NCBI GenBank assembly: GCA_030765585.1
Contig: JAVCCJ010000090.1
Span: forward strand, 1 to 37,923
Origin: Candidatus Zapsychrus exili
GTDB lineage: Bacteria; Omnitrophota; Gorgyraeia; Zapsychrales; Zapsychraceae
Reading direction: 5' to 3'
Length of the DNA: 37,923 nucleotides
Shown: positions 1 through 10,320 of the stretch, piece by piece
Numbering within the stretch: the stretch's first letter is position 1
Layout of the letters: every line of letters begins with the position of its first letter
The notes under the pieces: generated by a model
The model's database searches: none
What the model was told of the DNA's origin: nothing
What the model saw: only the letters and a program-made list of their open reading frames with translations
Translations under genes and position numbers: made by a program

Positions 1-121
1 ATTGTGCTTAACTTAGGTAATTATATTTTTGAATATAATCATCTTCGTAGACATGGGGGCTTGAACTATGAGACCCCTTTTGATAAACTAAAAAGAGTTA
101 CCGAATTAGTGAGCTAGTACA
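1..121 (+). mobile_element. 3' end of an IS481-like insertion sequence (transposase C-terminus 1-117 plus terminal ...TACA)
   Basis: Frame 1 reads IVLNLGNYIFEYNHLRRHGGLNYETPFDKLKRVTELVS*. This matches the YN-x2-R-x-H-x2-L-x3-TP tail of IS3/IS481 DDE transposases. The stop lies just before a terminal ACA (TGT on the other strand), as in IS481. Confidence 0.75.
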
Positions 122-195
122 ACAGACACCTAATTAATAATTAATTAGGTGTCTGTCCCTATTTTAAGAAACCCTTTTAAAACAATAAAAAACTC

Positions 196-723
196 CTATT
201 TATCCATCATTTTCATCTTTTTTGCCTTACATTTACCACACATCTTGCCTTTTGTGCAAAACGGACATACTTTCTTTGTGGCGCCTGTCATATACATCTT
301 TTTCTTCATCTCTTTTAATTTAGACTTTTGTTCTTCCGTCAATATACCTTTTAATTTTACACAAGCGGCTACAGTTGCCTTTGCTTTAGATTTCTTTGCA
401 TCATATTTCTTATCTATAATTTTATTTACTGATTTTAAATCAACTTTATCCTTATACATTTCAGCCTTAATATCAAGAGCTGCAACATCTATATCTGCTT
501 GTTTCATTATTATTTCTTTTTTAACATCCATCTTAATAGCTTTTATTTGTTCCATTTGATCATCTGTAATACCTAACTCTTCTTTTGCCTTAAAAATTAT
601 TTTGATTTTTTTCTCAAACATGTTTTCCATTGATTTCTTGCCATGACCTTCAGCAAAAACTACTGATGAAGCGAACCCAACAACTAACAATATCGCAATT
701 AAAACTCTCGATAATTTCTTCAT
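196..723 (-). CDS. Secreted Spy/CpxP-like (heavy-metal sensor type) helical protein with Cys-rich tail
   Basis: Signal peptide; ELGITDDQ and ILTEEQK (LTxxQ-like) motifs; C-terminal CPFC-x5-CGKC. Confidence 0.7.
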   Translation of the reverse strand: MKKLSRVLIAILLVVGFASSVVFAEGHGKKSMENMFEKKIKIIFKAKEELGITDDQMEQIKAIKMDVKKEIIMKQADIDVAALDIKAEMYKDKVDLKSVNKIIDKKYDAKKSKAKATVAACVKLKGILTEEQKSKLKEMKKKMYMTGATKKVCPFCTKGKMCGKCKAKKMKMMDK

Positions 724-770
724 TTCAACTCCTCTTTTTTTAAACCTACATTAACAAACATTGAAAACAT

Positions 771-799
771 ATTATCTTCTCAATTATAGGCTTTGTCAA
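771..799 (-). promoter_or_regulatory. Sigma70-type promoter of 196..723
   Basis: Minus strand TTGACA-N17-GATAAT. Confidence 0.5.
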
Positions 800-802
800 T
801 AT

Positions 803-1024
803 TTAAATGATACTGTTAGAGTATCTATTGCCAGTATTAATTGTTTTTATAAAAGCTAGATATTTTCTGGTAGGAATAACCATCTCTGTCACTTTTCCAT
901 GAGTCACGTCCTCATATATCATCGTAACTCCCTTTTTACCTTCGTCATCTATAAAATGCTTAATATATAAACTAAACTTAGACCCTAAATATTCCCATTC
1001 TATTAATTCATTTATATTTGCCAT
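803..1024 (-). CDS. Hypothetical 73-aa protein
   Basis: ATG preceded by a GGAG RBS; no recognisable motif. Confidence 0.55.
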   Translation of the reverse strand: MANINELIEWEYLGSKFSLYIKHFIDDEGKKGVTMIYEDVTHGKVTEMVIPTRKYLAFIKTINTGNRYSNSII

Positions 1025-1049
1025 TTAAATAATCTCCAATTTAATTTAT

Positions 1050-1180
1050 AATTTCAAAATCCAAATAATACCAATACTACCAAATAAATCCCAATATCCA
1101 AATCCAACCTAAAAACTTATTAAAATTTTGTATTTTAGATTTATTTTGAATTTTGTAGTATTTGAGCTTTGAATTTTATT
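1050..1180. repeat. ~130-bp imperfect palindromic intergenic element, copy 1
   Basis: Its reverse complement aligns closely with 27152-27283. Confidence 0.8.
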
Positions 1181-1182
1181 TC

Positions 1183-2127
1183 TTATATATACTCTAAAAT
1201 CTTATCATACACAGTCTCAACCTTCGCATAAGGATGAAGCGGATCGATAATATCGTGTTCAATGCCAAGCTCCTTTCCAAAACAATAAAATTGCACACAA
1301 GCGCCATGACGCCTCCAATCCTTAATAAGCTTTTGCGTGGCCTTTTCGTCAACTGCAATATCAGTCTCGTCTGTCATAACAACAATATCTTTTGACTTTG
1401 GAGCTTGTTTTTTTGCAGCATACAATACTGATAATCCCAATCGCATAATATGTCCCATTTGACGAGATGAAAAATGATGATACATCGAATATGGACACTG
1501 CCTTTTATCCTTTTTTACAGGATCCCACCACAAAAACATATTAGGCAATAAATAACAGAGATTTACAATTGGTCTAATTACGCCTGGCAAGAAATACCAA
1601 GCAAAGCTAGGGACTAAAACAAAAGATTTCTCTATGTCATCTCTAAATTGAGAACTAAATGCTGCCATAACGCCTCCCAAAGAAAGCCCTAATACAGATA
1701 CTTTCTCCCCTAACCCACGCGCAATGTCAACCGATGAATCACAAACATCTATAATATCCTTTAATGTAAGCTTTCTAATTTCCTTTGTGTAACGATCAGC
1801 AAGCCCATGATAAGGATATCTTGGAACATAAACATTATAGCCCTTTTCAAAAAAACGCTGCTCTAATTGCTCATACTGACGAGGGCAATTAGTAAACCCA
1901 TGATAAAGAACAATTGTGTGCTCTGTCTTTTTGCCATGCGTTAAAACCCTAGTAAAACCATGGTCAGCAACAACACCTTTTTCATGATCTATTTTCTTGT
2001 TTATAGCAGAAATGCTTTGTTCATAATCTAATATAGGATTTGATGCTGATTTAATAGATAAAACATCTACAGGCTTAAACAAATAAAATACAAAAACTAT
2101 AATGAAAATTATAAAGAAATAAACCAT
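1183..2127 (-). CDS. Membrane-anchored alpha/beta hydrolase (carboxylesterase/lysophospholipase-like)
   Basis: HGFT oxyanion motif, PYHG, nucleophile elbow GLSLGG, late Asp/His; N-terminal TM. Confidence 0.85.
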   Translation of the reverse strand: MVYFFIIFIIVFVFYLFKPVDVLSIKSASNPILDYEQSISAINKKIDHEKGVVADHGFTRVLTHGKKTEHTIVLYHGFTNCPRQYEQLEQRFFEKGYNVYVPRYPYHGLADRYTKEIRKLTLKDIIDVCDSSVDIARGLGEKVSVLGLSLGGVMAAFSSQFRDDIEKSFVLVPSFAWYFLPGVIRPIVNLCYLLPNMFLWWDPVKKDKRQCPYSMYHHFSSRQMGHIMRLGLSVLYAAKKQAPKSKDIVVMTDETDIAVDEKATQKLIKDWRRHGACVQFYCFGKELGIEHDIIDPLHPYAKVETVYDKILEYI

Positions 2128-2153
2128 TATTAAGAAGTGGGGTTAAATTTGTA

Positions 2154-3863
2154 TTATTTTTTAATCGGTAGCTTAATTATAAAAGAGGTACCCTTACCCT
2201 GCTCTGAGACTACTTCTACATCGCCTTTATGCTGTTTTATAATATCATAACTTACACTTAATCCAAGACCAGTTCCTTTTCCAACTTCCTTTGTCGTAAA
2301 GAATGGATCAAAAATCTTATTTATATTTTCTTCAGATATGCCGTCTCCACTATCTTTTACCTCAATATATGCAAATTCATTATCCTTGCGTGTTTTTATA
2401 ATAATCTCACCTTTTTCTTCTATAGACTGAGCTGCATTGACTAATAAGTTTATAAACACCTGACCCAATTTCTGCGCATTACAACGAACAAGCCCTATGT
2501 CTCCATACTCCTTTTTAAGTTCAGACTTATACTTTATCTCGTTCCACACAATGTTAATAGAGCCATCTAATATTTCTTCTATATTCCTATCTTCCATCTG
2601 ACCTTCATCTTTTCTGGAAAATATCCTTAAATCCTGAACTATTTTCTTTATTCTTTCTATTCCACTTTTTGACTCTCTTATTAAATTATCAATATCACTT
2701 GATATAAAACTTAAATTAATTTTATCTTCCAGCACGAGAATATCCTCAGAAATTTGTACAGCCTTATCAATATCTTTTTCCATAACAGAATTCTTAAGCG
2801 AATCAACTGCGCGTAGAATTTCTGAGTAACCTTCAACATATTGTTCAAGCGTTTCGAAATTACTACTTATAAAACCTATCGGATTGTTTATCTCATGTGC
2901 AATTCCGGCCGATAGCTGACCTAGCGATGCAAGTTTCTCAGACTGAACGAGCTGATTCTGGGCATCTTTTATTTTTTCATTTGCACCTTTTAAATCAGAA
3001 AGCATGCTTTTTAAAGCCTTCTCATTTCTTAACAAATCATTATTAGCCTCTTCTAATTTTGTTTGAACTAGCTTACGGTCATGTATTTCTTTATCTAACT
3101 GTTCTTTTGATGCCATTATATCTTTAAGGTTATCAGTCATTCTATTAAACGAATCAGCTAAATTACCAAACTCATCCTTCGAGTCTATCTTAATCTTAAA
3201 ATCCAAATCTCCTGCCCCATATTTATTCATGCCTTCTAATAATATATGCATAGGCTCTAAAATAGTAAATTTGTTAAGCATTAATATAATCACAGAAGAA
3301 AAAACTAAAAAGAATACCATAATAACTAGTGTACGATTACGCAATTTTATTATTTCATCGTCAATAACCTCAGATGATATGCCTACGCGAATAAATCCTA
3401 TCATATTTTTTGACATTCCTTCTATAGGAATATTAAAATCGTAGGCCCACTTTTTATTATCTAAAGAAAAATGCTGAACTAACCTACTTTTTGAAACAAT
3501 GGCTTTCCTTGTAATATCATCTCTGTATACCTTACTTATCTCTTCTTTTTTATTATGATAATAAATTTTACCATCACTATCCATGATGAAGCAATACAAC
3601 ACCTTCGATAAGTTCTTTACAAGTCTCCGACATTCTCCGTTTAACCCTTTCAATTCTCCTAACTCAAGACCAAGATCAGTAATTTCTTCTATCATATGTT
3701 TTAATTCAGATGTTTGAGCAAATATTTTCTCCTCAAAACTTACTCTATATATACCGGAAAAATGTCGAAGATTAAAATAAGTACTCGTAGCAATGGCAAG
3801 CAACACTATTAACATAGTGATAAGTATAAGTTTTGTCCTTAATTTAAAATCAGTTTTGACCAT
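2154..3863 (-). CDS. Membrane sensor histidine kinase (periplasmic sensor, HAMP, HisKA, HATPase)
   Basis: [23 protein letters not shown]-box, NLLVNA N-box, [29 protein letters not shown]. Confidence 0.95.
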   Translation of the reverse strand: MVKTDFKLRTKLILITMLIVLLAIATSTYFNLRHFSGIYRVSFEEKIFAQTSELKHMIEEITDLGLELGELKGLNGECRRLVKNLSKVLYCFIMDSDGKIYYHNKKEEISKVYRDDITRKAIVSKSRLVQHFSLDNKKWAYDFNIPIEGMSKNMIGFIRVGISSEVIDDEIIKLRNRTLVIMVFFLVFSSVIILMLNKFTILEPMHILLEGMNKYGAGDLDFKIKIDSKDEFGNLADSFNRMTDNLKDIMASKEQLDKEIHDRKLVQTKLEEANNDLLRNEKALKSMLSDLKGANEKIKDAQNQLVQSEKLASLGQLSAGIAHEINNPIGFISSNFETLEQYVEGYSEILRAVDSLKNSVMEKDIDKAVQISEDILVLEDKINLSFISSDIDNLIRESKSGIERIKKIVQDLRIFSRKDEGQMEDRNIEEILDGSINIVWNEIKYKSELKKEYGDIGLVRCNAQKLGQVFINLLVNAAQSIEEKGEIIIKTRKDNEFAYIEVKDSGDGISEENINKIFDPFFTTKEVGKGTGLGLSVSYDIIKQHKGDVEVVSEQGKGTSFIIKLPIKK

Positions 3864-3867
3864 ATAT

Positions 3868-4851
3868 TTACCTTATAACCTTACTTGCCGATCTTAAAAC
3901 TCGTATAGGAACGCTTGCTCCTATTTTTTGTGTTGCAGAAAGATTTAAAATAAGAGAGTAGTTTTTATCTGTTAAGACAGGTATATCCGATGGGGATGCA
4001 CCATCTTTTAGAATTTCTAAAGCTTGCTTACCTGATAGTTCTCCTAAAGCCTTAAAGTCTATGCCTAAAGAAAACATCGCACCCTCTGAGAGAAGTTGTC
4101 CTAAAGAAGCATACGTAGGGATATTATTCTTCTCAGCTACGTCTATCATACCTTTGCCATAACGCGAGATAGACGTATCCTGGTGAGATATTATAATATC
4201 AACTTTTCCTATAAATTTCCTAGTTGCTTCTGCAACTTCTTCTTCTGTCTTACAATCCTTTGTTACTGTTGATGCAATAAATTCAAGCCCAAAATCTTTG
4301 AACGCATCAATAAAATCTTGTGTTTGAATTTCAGCGTTTGGTTCTCCCTTTGTATAAATAATCCCCACCCTTTTAACTTCTGGAATAACCTTTAATATCG
4401 TTTTTACTTGAGCAACCGCAGGAACAGCACAATGGGTTCCTGTCACATTGCTTCCAGGCTTTTCTAAAGTTTCTACAATATTACTTCTAACGGGTGCGGC
4501 TACTGCAGTAAATATCAAAGGTATGTCTTTTACTATCTCAACAGCAGGCTTTGTACTTCTTGTTCCAGTCGTAAAAATTAAATCAACTTTGTCTTCATTT
4601 AAGAATTTTAGTAACCCACTTTTATATGCTTCCAAATCTCCAGAAGCGTCTAAGTCTTTAAACTCAAATTCTACGCCTTCTTGCTTTTCAAGAAAATTAA
4701 CAAATGCCATTCTAGCATCATAATAATCTGGATTATCTTTAAGCACGGCAAGACCTATTTTAAACATCTTTATTTCTTCCTGAGCTACTACTGAGCTGAT
4801 AAAACAAAACGACACTAATACAATAATTATTATAAAGCAAATTCTTTTCAT
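3868..4851 (-). CDS. ABC-type periplasmic substrate-binding protein (ABC_sub_bind family)
   Basis: DLIFTTGT, IPLIFTAV, PGSNVTG motifs. Start placed at MKRICF (4851) behind a GGAG RBS. Confidence 0.85.
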   Translation of the reverse strand: MKRICFIIIIVLVSFCFISSVVAQEEIKMFKIGLAVLKDNPDYYDARMAFVNFLEKQEGVEFEFKDLDASGDLEAYKSGLLKFLNEDKVDLIFTTGTRSTKPAVEIVKDIPLIFTAVAAPVRSNIVETLEKPGSNVTGTHCAVPAVAQVKTILKVIPEVKRVGIIYTKGEPNAEIQTQDFIDAFKDFGLEFIASTVTKDCKTEEEVAEATRKFIGKVDIIISHQDTSISRYGKGMIDVAEKNNIPTYASLGQLLSEGAMFSLGIDFKALGELSGKQALEILKDGASPSDIPVLTDKNYSLILNLSATQKIGASVPIRVLRSASKVIR

Positions 4852-4884
4852 AGCTAACTCTCCTGCTTTCATTTTTTAATATTC

Positions 4885-6201
4885 TTAGAATTTAAACGTT
4901 ATCTCTGTTCTTAAGAACAGCATCTCGTCTGAGTCGTCATCATGAAAATCTCCCGGAATAAAATATTCTGCCAAGATATATGTCGAGATATCCTTATTTA
5001 TTTTGTATTCAAGTTTGACTTGTGGCAAATGCCCTCTATCTTTTCCTGAGCCTGTTCCAAATGATGTTGCAGTAGGCACTTCTTCTGCTCTTAAATAATT
5101 ATACCAAAATGTAAGCTTTGATTTATCAGTTGGCTTTAAGCTAAGTTCTACTCTATACATCTCTAAATTAGTCCAATAGTCAAGACCTGATTCACCATTA
5201 TAAGTCAAACTATATAATTCTGACATCCATGGCCAACGAGAAAAAAGCGGATCCCAACCTTCATTTTTTGAAGTGCTTGGGTCGTCTCCTGAAAGATAAA
5301 CAAAACCAGCACTTACCTTAGGGCTCCATTTTGCTTCTTTAAAATATCTATCTAAGAAGAAATATCCTCCCAAAGACTGTCTATCATTATGTCCATATTC
5401 ACCCACCTGATAAGCAAGCTGAGTTCTTAGCACAAAAGGGTCTATGTTGTATTTAACAAAAACACCTGGCGTATGTATTTTACTTGTTTCTGATTGTAAT
5501 CTTGTGCCACCATCATCTTCTTCATGCTTAAAAATATAATACGGCTCTACATACAAATTATCACTAACCCTACTCTTTAAATAAAGAACATATCCTTCTT
5601 CATCTGTTATGTTTAATCTTTGAGCGCTATCATTTTCGTTTATAATAGGCAAAAATTCATCTTCTCTTGGATTATTGATATATATGAAATCTAAACTATT
5701 ATCATTATTAATATTCCATGTAGCTTTAGCCGCATTAAAATAAAAAGTTCTTGAACCGTCATATGGCGTACCATCCATCAGAAGAAATCCCTCCCCATGC
5801 GTAAAAAGGAAATCCTGTCTTCCTATGCGCAAGTCAACAGGGAGTTCAAATACATTTTTTACATCAAGATAAAGATTATCAAGGACTATTTCGCTTGTGT
5901 CAAGACGAAGATTTTTCTTTCCGCTGCTTTGAGGGAAATATTTGTAAGCTTTAAATTCATCAGTTAATTTTCCATACAGAGATATATCATCATTCAAATC
6001 TGCCTTACCCCAAAAAGAATACTTAAATCTAAAATAATTGCGATTATCTTTAGCAGTATTTTCAACATCAAAAATATTCTTCCAATATTCATGCCTTACC
6101 CTCAAATACGCTCCGCCATCATAATTTACTTCCGCAAAAGAGCTAACCGAAAATAAAACTATTAAAGCGCTGAGCAGAAATACCTTAGATATCTTAGGTA
6201 T
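4885..6201 (-). CDS. Alginate-export-family outer-membrane beta-barrel porin (start probably ATA at 6201)
   Basis: LRIGRQD..G.GFL, YLSGDD motifs and C-terminal Phe. An in-frame signal peptide lies upstream of the ORF-track start at 6105. Confidence 0.8.
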   Translation of the reverse strand: MPKISKVFLLSALIVLFSVSSFAEVNYDGGAYLRVRHEYWKNIFDVENTAKDNRNYFRFKYSFWGKADLNDDISLYGKLTDEFKAYKYFPQSSGKKNLRLDTSEIVLDNLYLDVKNVFELPVDLRIGRQDFLFTHGEGFLLMDGTPYDGSRTFYFNAAKATWNINNDNSLDFIYINNPREDEFLPIINENDSAQRLNITDEEGYVLYLKSRVSDNLYVEPYYIFKHEEDDGGTRLQSETSKIHTPGVFVKYNIDPFVLRTQLAYQVGEYGHNDRQSLGGYFFLDRYFKEAKWSPKVSAGFVYLSGDDPSTSKNEGWDPLFSRWPWMSELYSLTYNGESGLDYWTNLEMYRVELSLKPTDKSKLTFWYNYLRAEEVPTATSFGTGSGKDRGHLPQVKLEYKINKDISTYILAEYFIPGDFHDDDSDEMLFLRTEITFKF

Positions 6202-6254
6202 ACAATCTCCTTTATTTCTATTACTAATAGATAATAGAGTTATTTCTATTAGAA

Positions 6255-6449
6255 TTATTTAGTTCTTAAGCTATTAAAAATATTAACCCAATAATTAATA
6301 TAATTTCTTGATATCTCCATCAGCGTTAACGAACCGTCTCCCATTGCAGAATTCATTATCCATGTTACTAAAATCCATAAACATGACCCAAGAACAAAAA
6401 TCATCAAAATTATTTTAATTAAATTAAACAAGCTATCATACCATGTCAT
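6255..6449 (-). CDS. Small membrane protein
   Basis: AGGAGAG RBS; one TM helix. Confidence 0.55.
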   Translation of the reverse strand: MTWYDSLFNLIKIILMIFVLGSCLWILVTWIMNSAMGDGSLTLMEISRNYINYWVNIFNSLRTK

Positions 6450-6559
6450 AATACTCTCTCCTTTTAAAGAAATTTATATTAACGTTAATATCTTATATCC
6501 CTTAAATGTATAAGACAAGATAAATAAGAATTTACATCTCAAAACTACCAATAGACAAT

Positions 6560-6597
6560 AAAAAAACCCGCTTCTCTTTAACAAGAAGCGGGTTTTT
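6560..6597 (-). terminator. Intrinsic terminator after cspA (may be bidirectional)
   Basis: AAAAACCCGCTTCT...AGAAGCGGGTTTTT hairpin with A/T tracts. Confidence 0.85.
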
Positions 6598-6625
6598 CAT
6601 ACAATATAAAATTACAATTAATAAA

Positions 6626-6826
6626 TTATAGCTTTATAACGTTTTTTGCACATGGACCTTTTGGACCATCAGCAATTTCAAACTCTACTTTTTGGCCTTC
6701 TTCTAAGGATTTATATCCTTCACCTTGAATTTCAGCATGATGTACAAATACATCATTTCCTGATTCTGGTGTAATAAAGCCATAACCTTTTTGGTTACTA
6801 AACCATTTTACTGTTCCTGTTGTCAT
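6626..6826 (-). CDS. cspA: Cold-shock protein
   Basis: GTVKWF, KGYGFI (RNP1), VFVHH (RNP2); GGAGGAG RBS. Confidence 0.97.
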   Translation of the reverse strand: MTTGTVKWFSNQKGYGFITPESGNDVFVHHAEIQGEGYKSLEEGQKVEFEIADGPKGPCAKNVIKL

Positions 6827-6955
6827 TATTCACTCCTCCTTTCAACAAAGACTTTGAGTAAACAACGACAAGACCGAAACAAAACGAATAACTACTATAT
6901 AAGCTAATTTCTAATTTGCACACTAAAACATCTTCACTATATTTACTCGAAGGCA

Positions 6956-6984
6956 AGTATGACCCATTTTACCTATTTTGTCAA
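6956..6984 (-). promoter_or_regulatory. cspA promoter, giving a long (~120 nt) 5' UTR
   Basis: TTGACA-N17-CATACT on the minus strand. Confidence 0.6.
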
Positions 6985-7267
6985 ATAAAATAATACAACC
7001 CACTAAAATCGACTATTTCTCCATAAAACTACACTAATAAGAATTGTTAAACTAGTCTTACCTCGACCATAAAACAAAAAAATTAATAATTAGAGAATTT
7101 CAGTCCTAAATTTGATAAATAGTATTGTATGCGCTAGATTTGTTTGTTATAATACCGCTCTTGTAATCATTCACAGGAAAATATATCTATTCTAACGGAA
7201 CAATCGCTCCATTCTTAGTTTAGAATCATTTCACAATTTCTTATAATCAATAAGGAGGTATTACCTA

Positions 7268-9010
7268 ATGAGTGAGCCAAAACAACATTTGACGGCTGCC
7301 GAAGACCGTATTCCTGTTTTTCAAAAGTTTGCATACAGTCTAGGATCAATGGCTAATGATAGTGCAGGCGCTTGGATGGGACAAATGGTCGCCATTTTAA
7401 TTTTAGGCTTAGGCTTGAATCCCGCTTTAGTTGGCCTAATAGGGTTTATTCCTCGTGTTTTTGATGGTTTTCTAGACCCAGTTATTGGATTCACATCTGA
7501 TAATGCTCGAACCAAATGGGGACGCCGTAAACCATTTATCTTCTGGGGAGCCATTCTGGCAGGAATTTGCTACATACTTATGTTCCAACTTTTCCCAGAA
7601 AACAGCAAAGCTTTTAATGGATGGTACTTTTTAATATTACAAGTCCTATTTTTCGGAGCTTTTACTTGCTTTTCAATTCCATGGCTTGCTTTAGGTTATG
7701 AATTGACACCTGACTATCATGAAAGAACAGCCTTGCAAGGTTGGAGCAGAATTATGGCTCAAATACCTTGGTTAATCTCCCCTTGGTGCTGGGCTATTTT
7801 ATATAATAAGAATTGGTTTTCCAACCCTGAAACTGGTGAAGCAGATCCTGTTCTTGGGGCACGAAAAGTCGCATTTGTTATTGGGCTTTCCTTAATAATC
7901 GGCGGTGTCCTTCCAGCTATTTTTAACAAAGAACATTTTGCCAATCTGCCAAAACCAAAGAAAATAACAGGTGATTTTATTAAAAACATAAAAGCACATA
8001 GTGGAAAATTCCTTACAACACTCTTTGCTATTTGCAATGTCCTTGCGCTTTTCTTTTCCTTTTTTATTAATAAAACAGATTTTCCTTGGTTTTCATTACC
8101 AATAAGGCTGATCACCGTTCTCTTAGGAGGCGCTGTGTTTTCTGGCATTTTCCTTCTTCTCTATGCCCACCCTGTACTCAAAAAATTATTTGATAATATT
8201 GCTCTTACATTTAAAATTAAAGTGTTTGTTAAAATTTGTGCGTGCACATTCTTAGTCTTTAACGGTTTCATGCTAAGTTCCACCTTTATTCTTTGGGTTA
8301 TTTTCTTTCATCTTTTTAAGAATGCCCCTGATGTAGGACTTGCTTATTTAGCAGGAGGAAAATTACTTGGTGTCTATGGGACATTCAGCGCAATTTGTAC
8401 CGCTCTTATAATTCCAAGAATTGTATGGCTTTCCAAGAAACTAGGTAAACAAAAAGCTCTTCTTATCACCATTCCTTTATCTATAATTGGTTTTTCTATG
8501 AAATGGCCAGCATACTTACAAATCCATCCAGCGAACAGTGAACTTTGGGGGATGCTTAGTGGCGTTGGTTTTATTAATTTCGTAAAGGTTTGCTGGTTCG
8601 TTGCCAAGTCTCACTATTTACTCCTATTATGCGCACCATTTATTGTTTTTGGACTAGGATCAATCTTTACCATCTTTCTCTCGATGCTCGCAGATATCTG
8701 TGACATTGATGAGCTTGAAACAGGCGAACGTCGCGAAGGAATGTTCACCGCAGTCTATTGGTGGATGGTTAAAATGGGGCTAGCCCTTGCAGGACTTCTC
8801 GGTGGGATCATGCTCGCTTGGTCAGGATTTAACCAAGCAAAAGGCATAGGCCAATCCTTAGACACTTTATTTTGGCTGAGAATTTTTGATGTCGCCATTC
8901 CAATCGTTGCGTCTGTAATTGCAATCTTTGTTATTAGGACAATCAAGTTCACAGAAAAGGACGCTCGCGATGTTCGAACAAAACTAGAAGAAAGACGCGG
9001 AAAAGTTTAA
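7268..9010 (+). CDS. MFS glycoside-pentoside-hexuronide (MelB-like) sugar:cation symporter
   Basis: DPVIG..SD..RTKWGRRKPF, ELT.DY.ERT, D..D.DELETGERREG motifs. Confidence 0.92.
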   Translation: MSEPKQHLTAAEDRIPVFQKFAYSLGSMANDSAGAWMGQMVAILILGLGLNPALVGLIGFIPRVFDGFLDPVIGFTSDNARTKWGRRKPFIFWGAILAGICYILMFQLFPENSKAFNGWYFLILQVLFFGAFTCFSIPWLALGYELTPDYHERTALQGWSRIMAQIPWLISPWCWAILYNKNWFSNPETGEADPVLGARKVAFVIGLSLIIGGVLPAIFNKEHFANLPKPKKITGDFIKNIKAHSGKFLTTLFAICNVLALFFSFFINKTDFPWFSLPIRLITVLLGGAVFSGIFLLLYAHPVLKKLFDNIALTFKIKVFVKICACTFLVFNGFMLSSTFILWVIFFHLFKNAPDVGLAYLAGGKLLGVYGTFSAICTALIIPRIVWLSKKLGKQKALLITIPLSIIGFSMKWPAYLQIHPANSELWGMLSGVGFINFVKVCWFVAKSHYLLLLCAPFIVFGLGSIFTIFLSMLADICDIDELETGERREGMFTAVYWWMVKMGLALAGLLGGIMLAWSGFNQAKGIGQSLDTLFWLRIFDVAIPIVASVIAIFVIRTIKFTEKDARDVRTKLEERRGKV

Positions 9011-9035
9011 AGTAAAGTCTTAACTTTCTTTACAG

Positions 9036-9072
9036 AAATACCCAAGCAAAATACTGCTTGGGTATTTTTTTG
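9036..9072 (+). terminator. Intrinsic terminator
   Basis: AAATACCCAAGCA..TGCTTGGGTATTT plus T-run. Confidence 0.85.
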
Positions 9073-9260
9073 TGAGTGTTTTTATCCTTCCATAAATTTG
9101 CATTAATGCTACAATGCGCTCAATAAAACTTAACTTAACGCATACAATATATACAAGAAATCTTAAGATATATAAACATTGAAATTACTCTTTGCATATG
9201 CTTAAATAACCTTAGCTGAATAAATAAGTAATCTCGACCATAATTTAAGGAAGAAATAAT

Positions 9261-10193
9261 ATGACAAAACAAAATATAAATTCAAAAACAATTATTGTTT
9301 TCCCATACCGAGGGTATGAACATAACAAGCAGTGCGAATGGTATTTTTGGTGGACAGTCGAAAGATGTAAAGAAATCGATTCTAGACCTATAGTTGTACT
9401 ACCAAAATTTACTATTATAAAAGGCAATGCTGCCTCTTTTATAAAAGACGAAAGATATAAAGACCTTGAAGTTGTAGAAACCTGGTCTGTTGACACATGC
9501 CAAACATGGATTTCTGGATGGGGTCATGTACTTGATAATTACCCTGATGCAGAAAGAATTGTGCTCATTCCAGGAGACCTTGATTATGTTAAAGAAGATA
9601 TTGAATTCTATAACAATCTTGGAAACTTTATTGAAATAACAAGTTCTGATATTGCAATTGGAGATTTTGGAACTGGAGATAAGTACAGTGCAAAAGGCTT
9701 AGTAGACACTTACGGCTCATACTCCCTTCTTGCAAATTGGTTTCCTGGCATTTCACAAAGCATAAGAGCTCTTCCGCTTCATAGACCAAGATCTGAATTC
9801 TTAAACATAAAAACATCTGTCTTGCGTGAGCTTTTAATTAACAATAGAAACTTTGCTTATGAGCAAACACTAAACTTTCTTATTAAATCCTGGGACTTTG
9901 AAAAAGCAGAATGGAAATATAATATATCCATATCTCCTCTTGGGGTTTTATCTGATAGCAAGTCTTTTAGAGATTATAGATCATGCATCGATCAGATAGA
10001 AAGAATTGAAAGAGTGGTTGCTCTCTTGTGGAGAGAAATAAAAGAGCCAAAAAAGAAAAAAGACTTAAGTGATGAGGCTTTTGAAGAGCAATACAATGTG
10101 TTTAGTAACGAATATGACAATCTCCGCACCAAATCAAAAGGTATCATGGAAACAGCACGAACGACGATCAGAACTCTTCTTTTAGGAGCATAA
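9261..10193 (+). CDS. Hypothetical protein, probable divergent GT-A-fold glycosyltransferase
   Basis: IIVFPY first strand, IVLIPGDLD (DxD-like), DIAIG, PRSEF and FAYE appear in GT2/GpgS-like order. Confidence 0.5.
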   Translation: MTKQNINSKTIIVFPYRGYEHNKQCEWYFWWTVERCKEIDSRPIVVLPKFTIIKGNAASFIKDERYKDLEVVETWSVDTCQTWISGWGHVLDNYPDAERIVLIPGDLDYVKEDIEFYNNLGNFIEITSSDIAIGDFGTGDKYSAKGLVDTYGSYSLLANWFPGISQSIRALPLHRPRSEFLNIKTSVLRELLINNRNFAYEQTLNFLIKSWDFEKAEWKYNISISPLGVLSDSKSFRDYRSCIDQIERIERVVALLWREIKEPKKKKDLSDEAFEEQYNVFSNEYDNLRTKSKGIMETARTTIRTLLLGA

Positions 10194-10232
10194 TTAAAAT
10201 AGGGACAGTTCGATTGTTCACTAAAACATAAC

Positions 10233-10272
10233 ATAAAAAACCCAATCCCTTTAAAGGGATTGGGTTTTTTAT
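10233..10272. terminator. Bidirectional terminator (probably the original tRNA-Met terminator)
   Basis: Perfect palindrome AAAAAACCCAATCCCTTTAAAGGGATTGGGTTTTTT directly beside the att copy. Confidence 0.85.
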
Positions 10273-10274
10273 TA

Positions 10275-10320
10275 TTGGTTGCGGGGACTAGATTCGAACT
10301 AGTGACCTTCAGGTTATGAG
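10275..10320 (-). repeat. att site: displaced 3' part of tRNA-Met
   Basis: 46 bp identical to 20129-20174. Confidence 0.95.

Noticed and set aside
10275..10320. Second tRNA-Met gene
   Set aside because: Only the 3' part, from the anticodon loop to CCA, is present. It is an att site.
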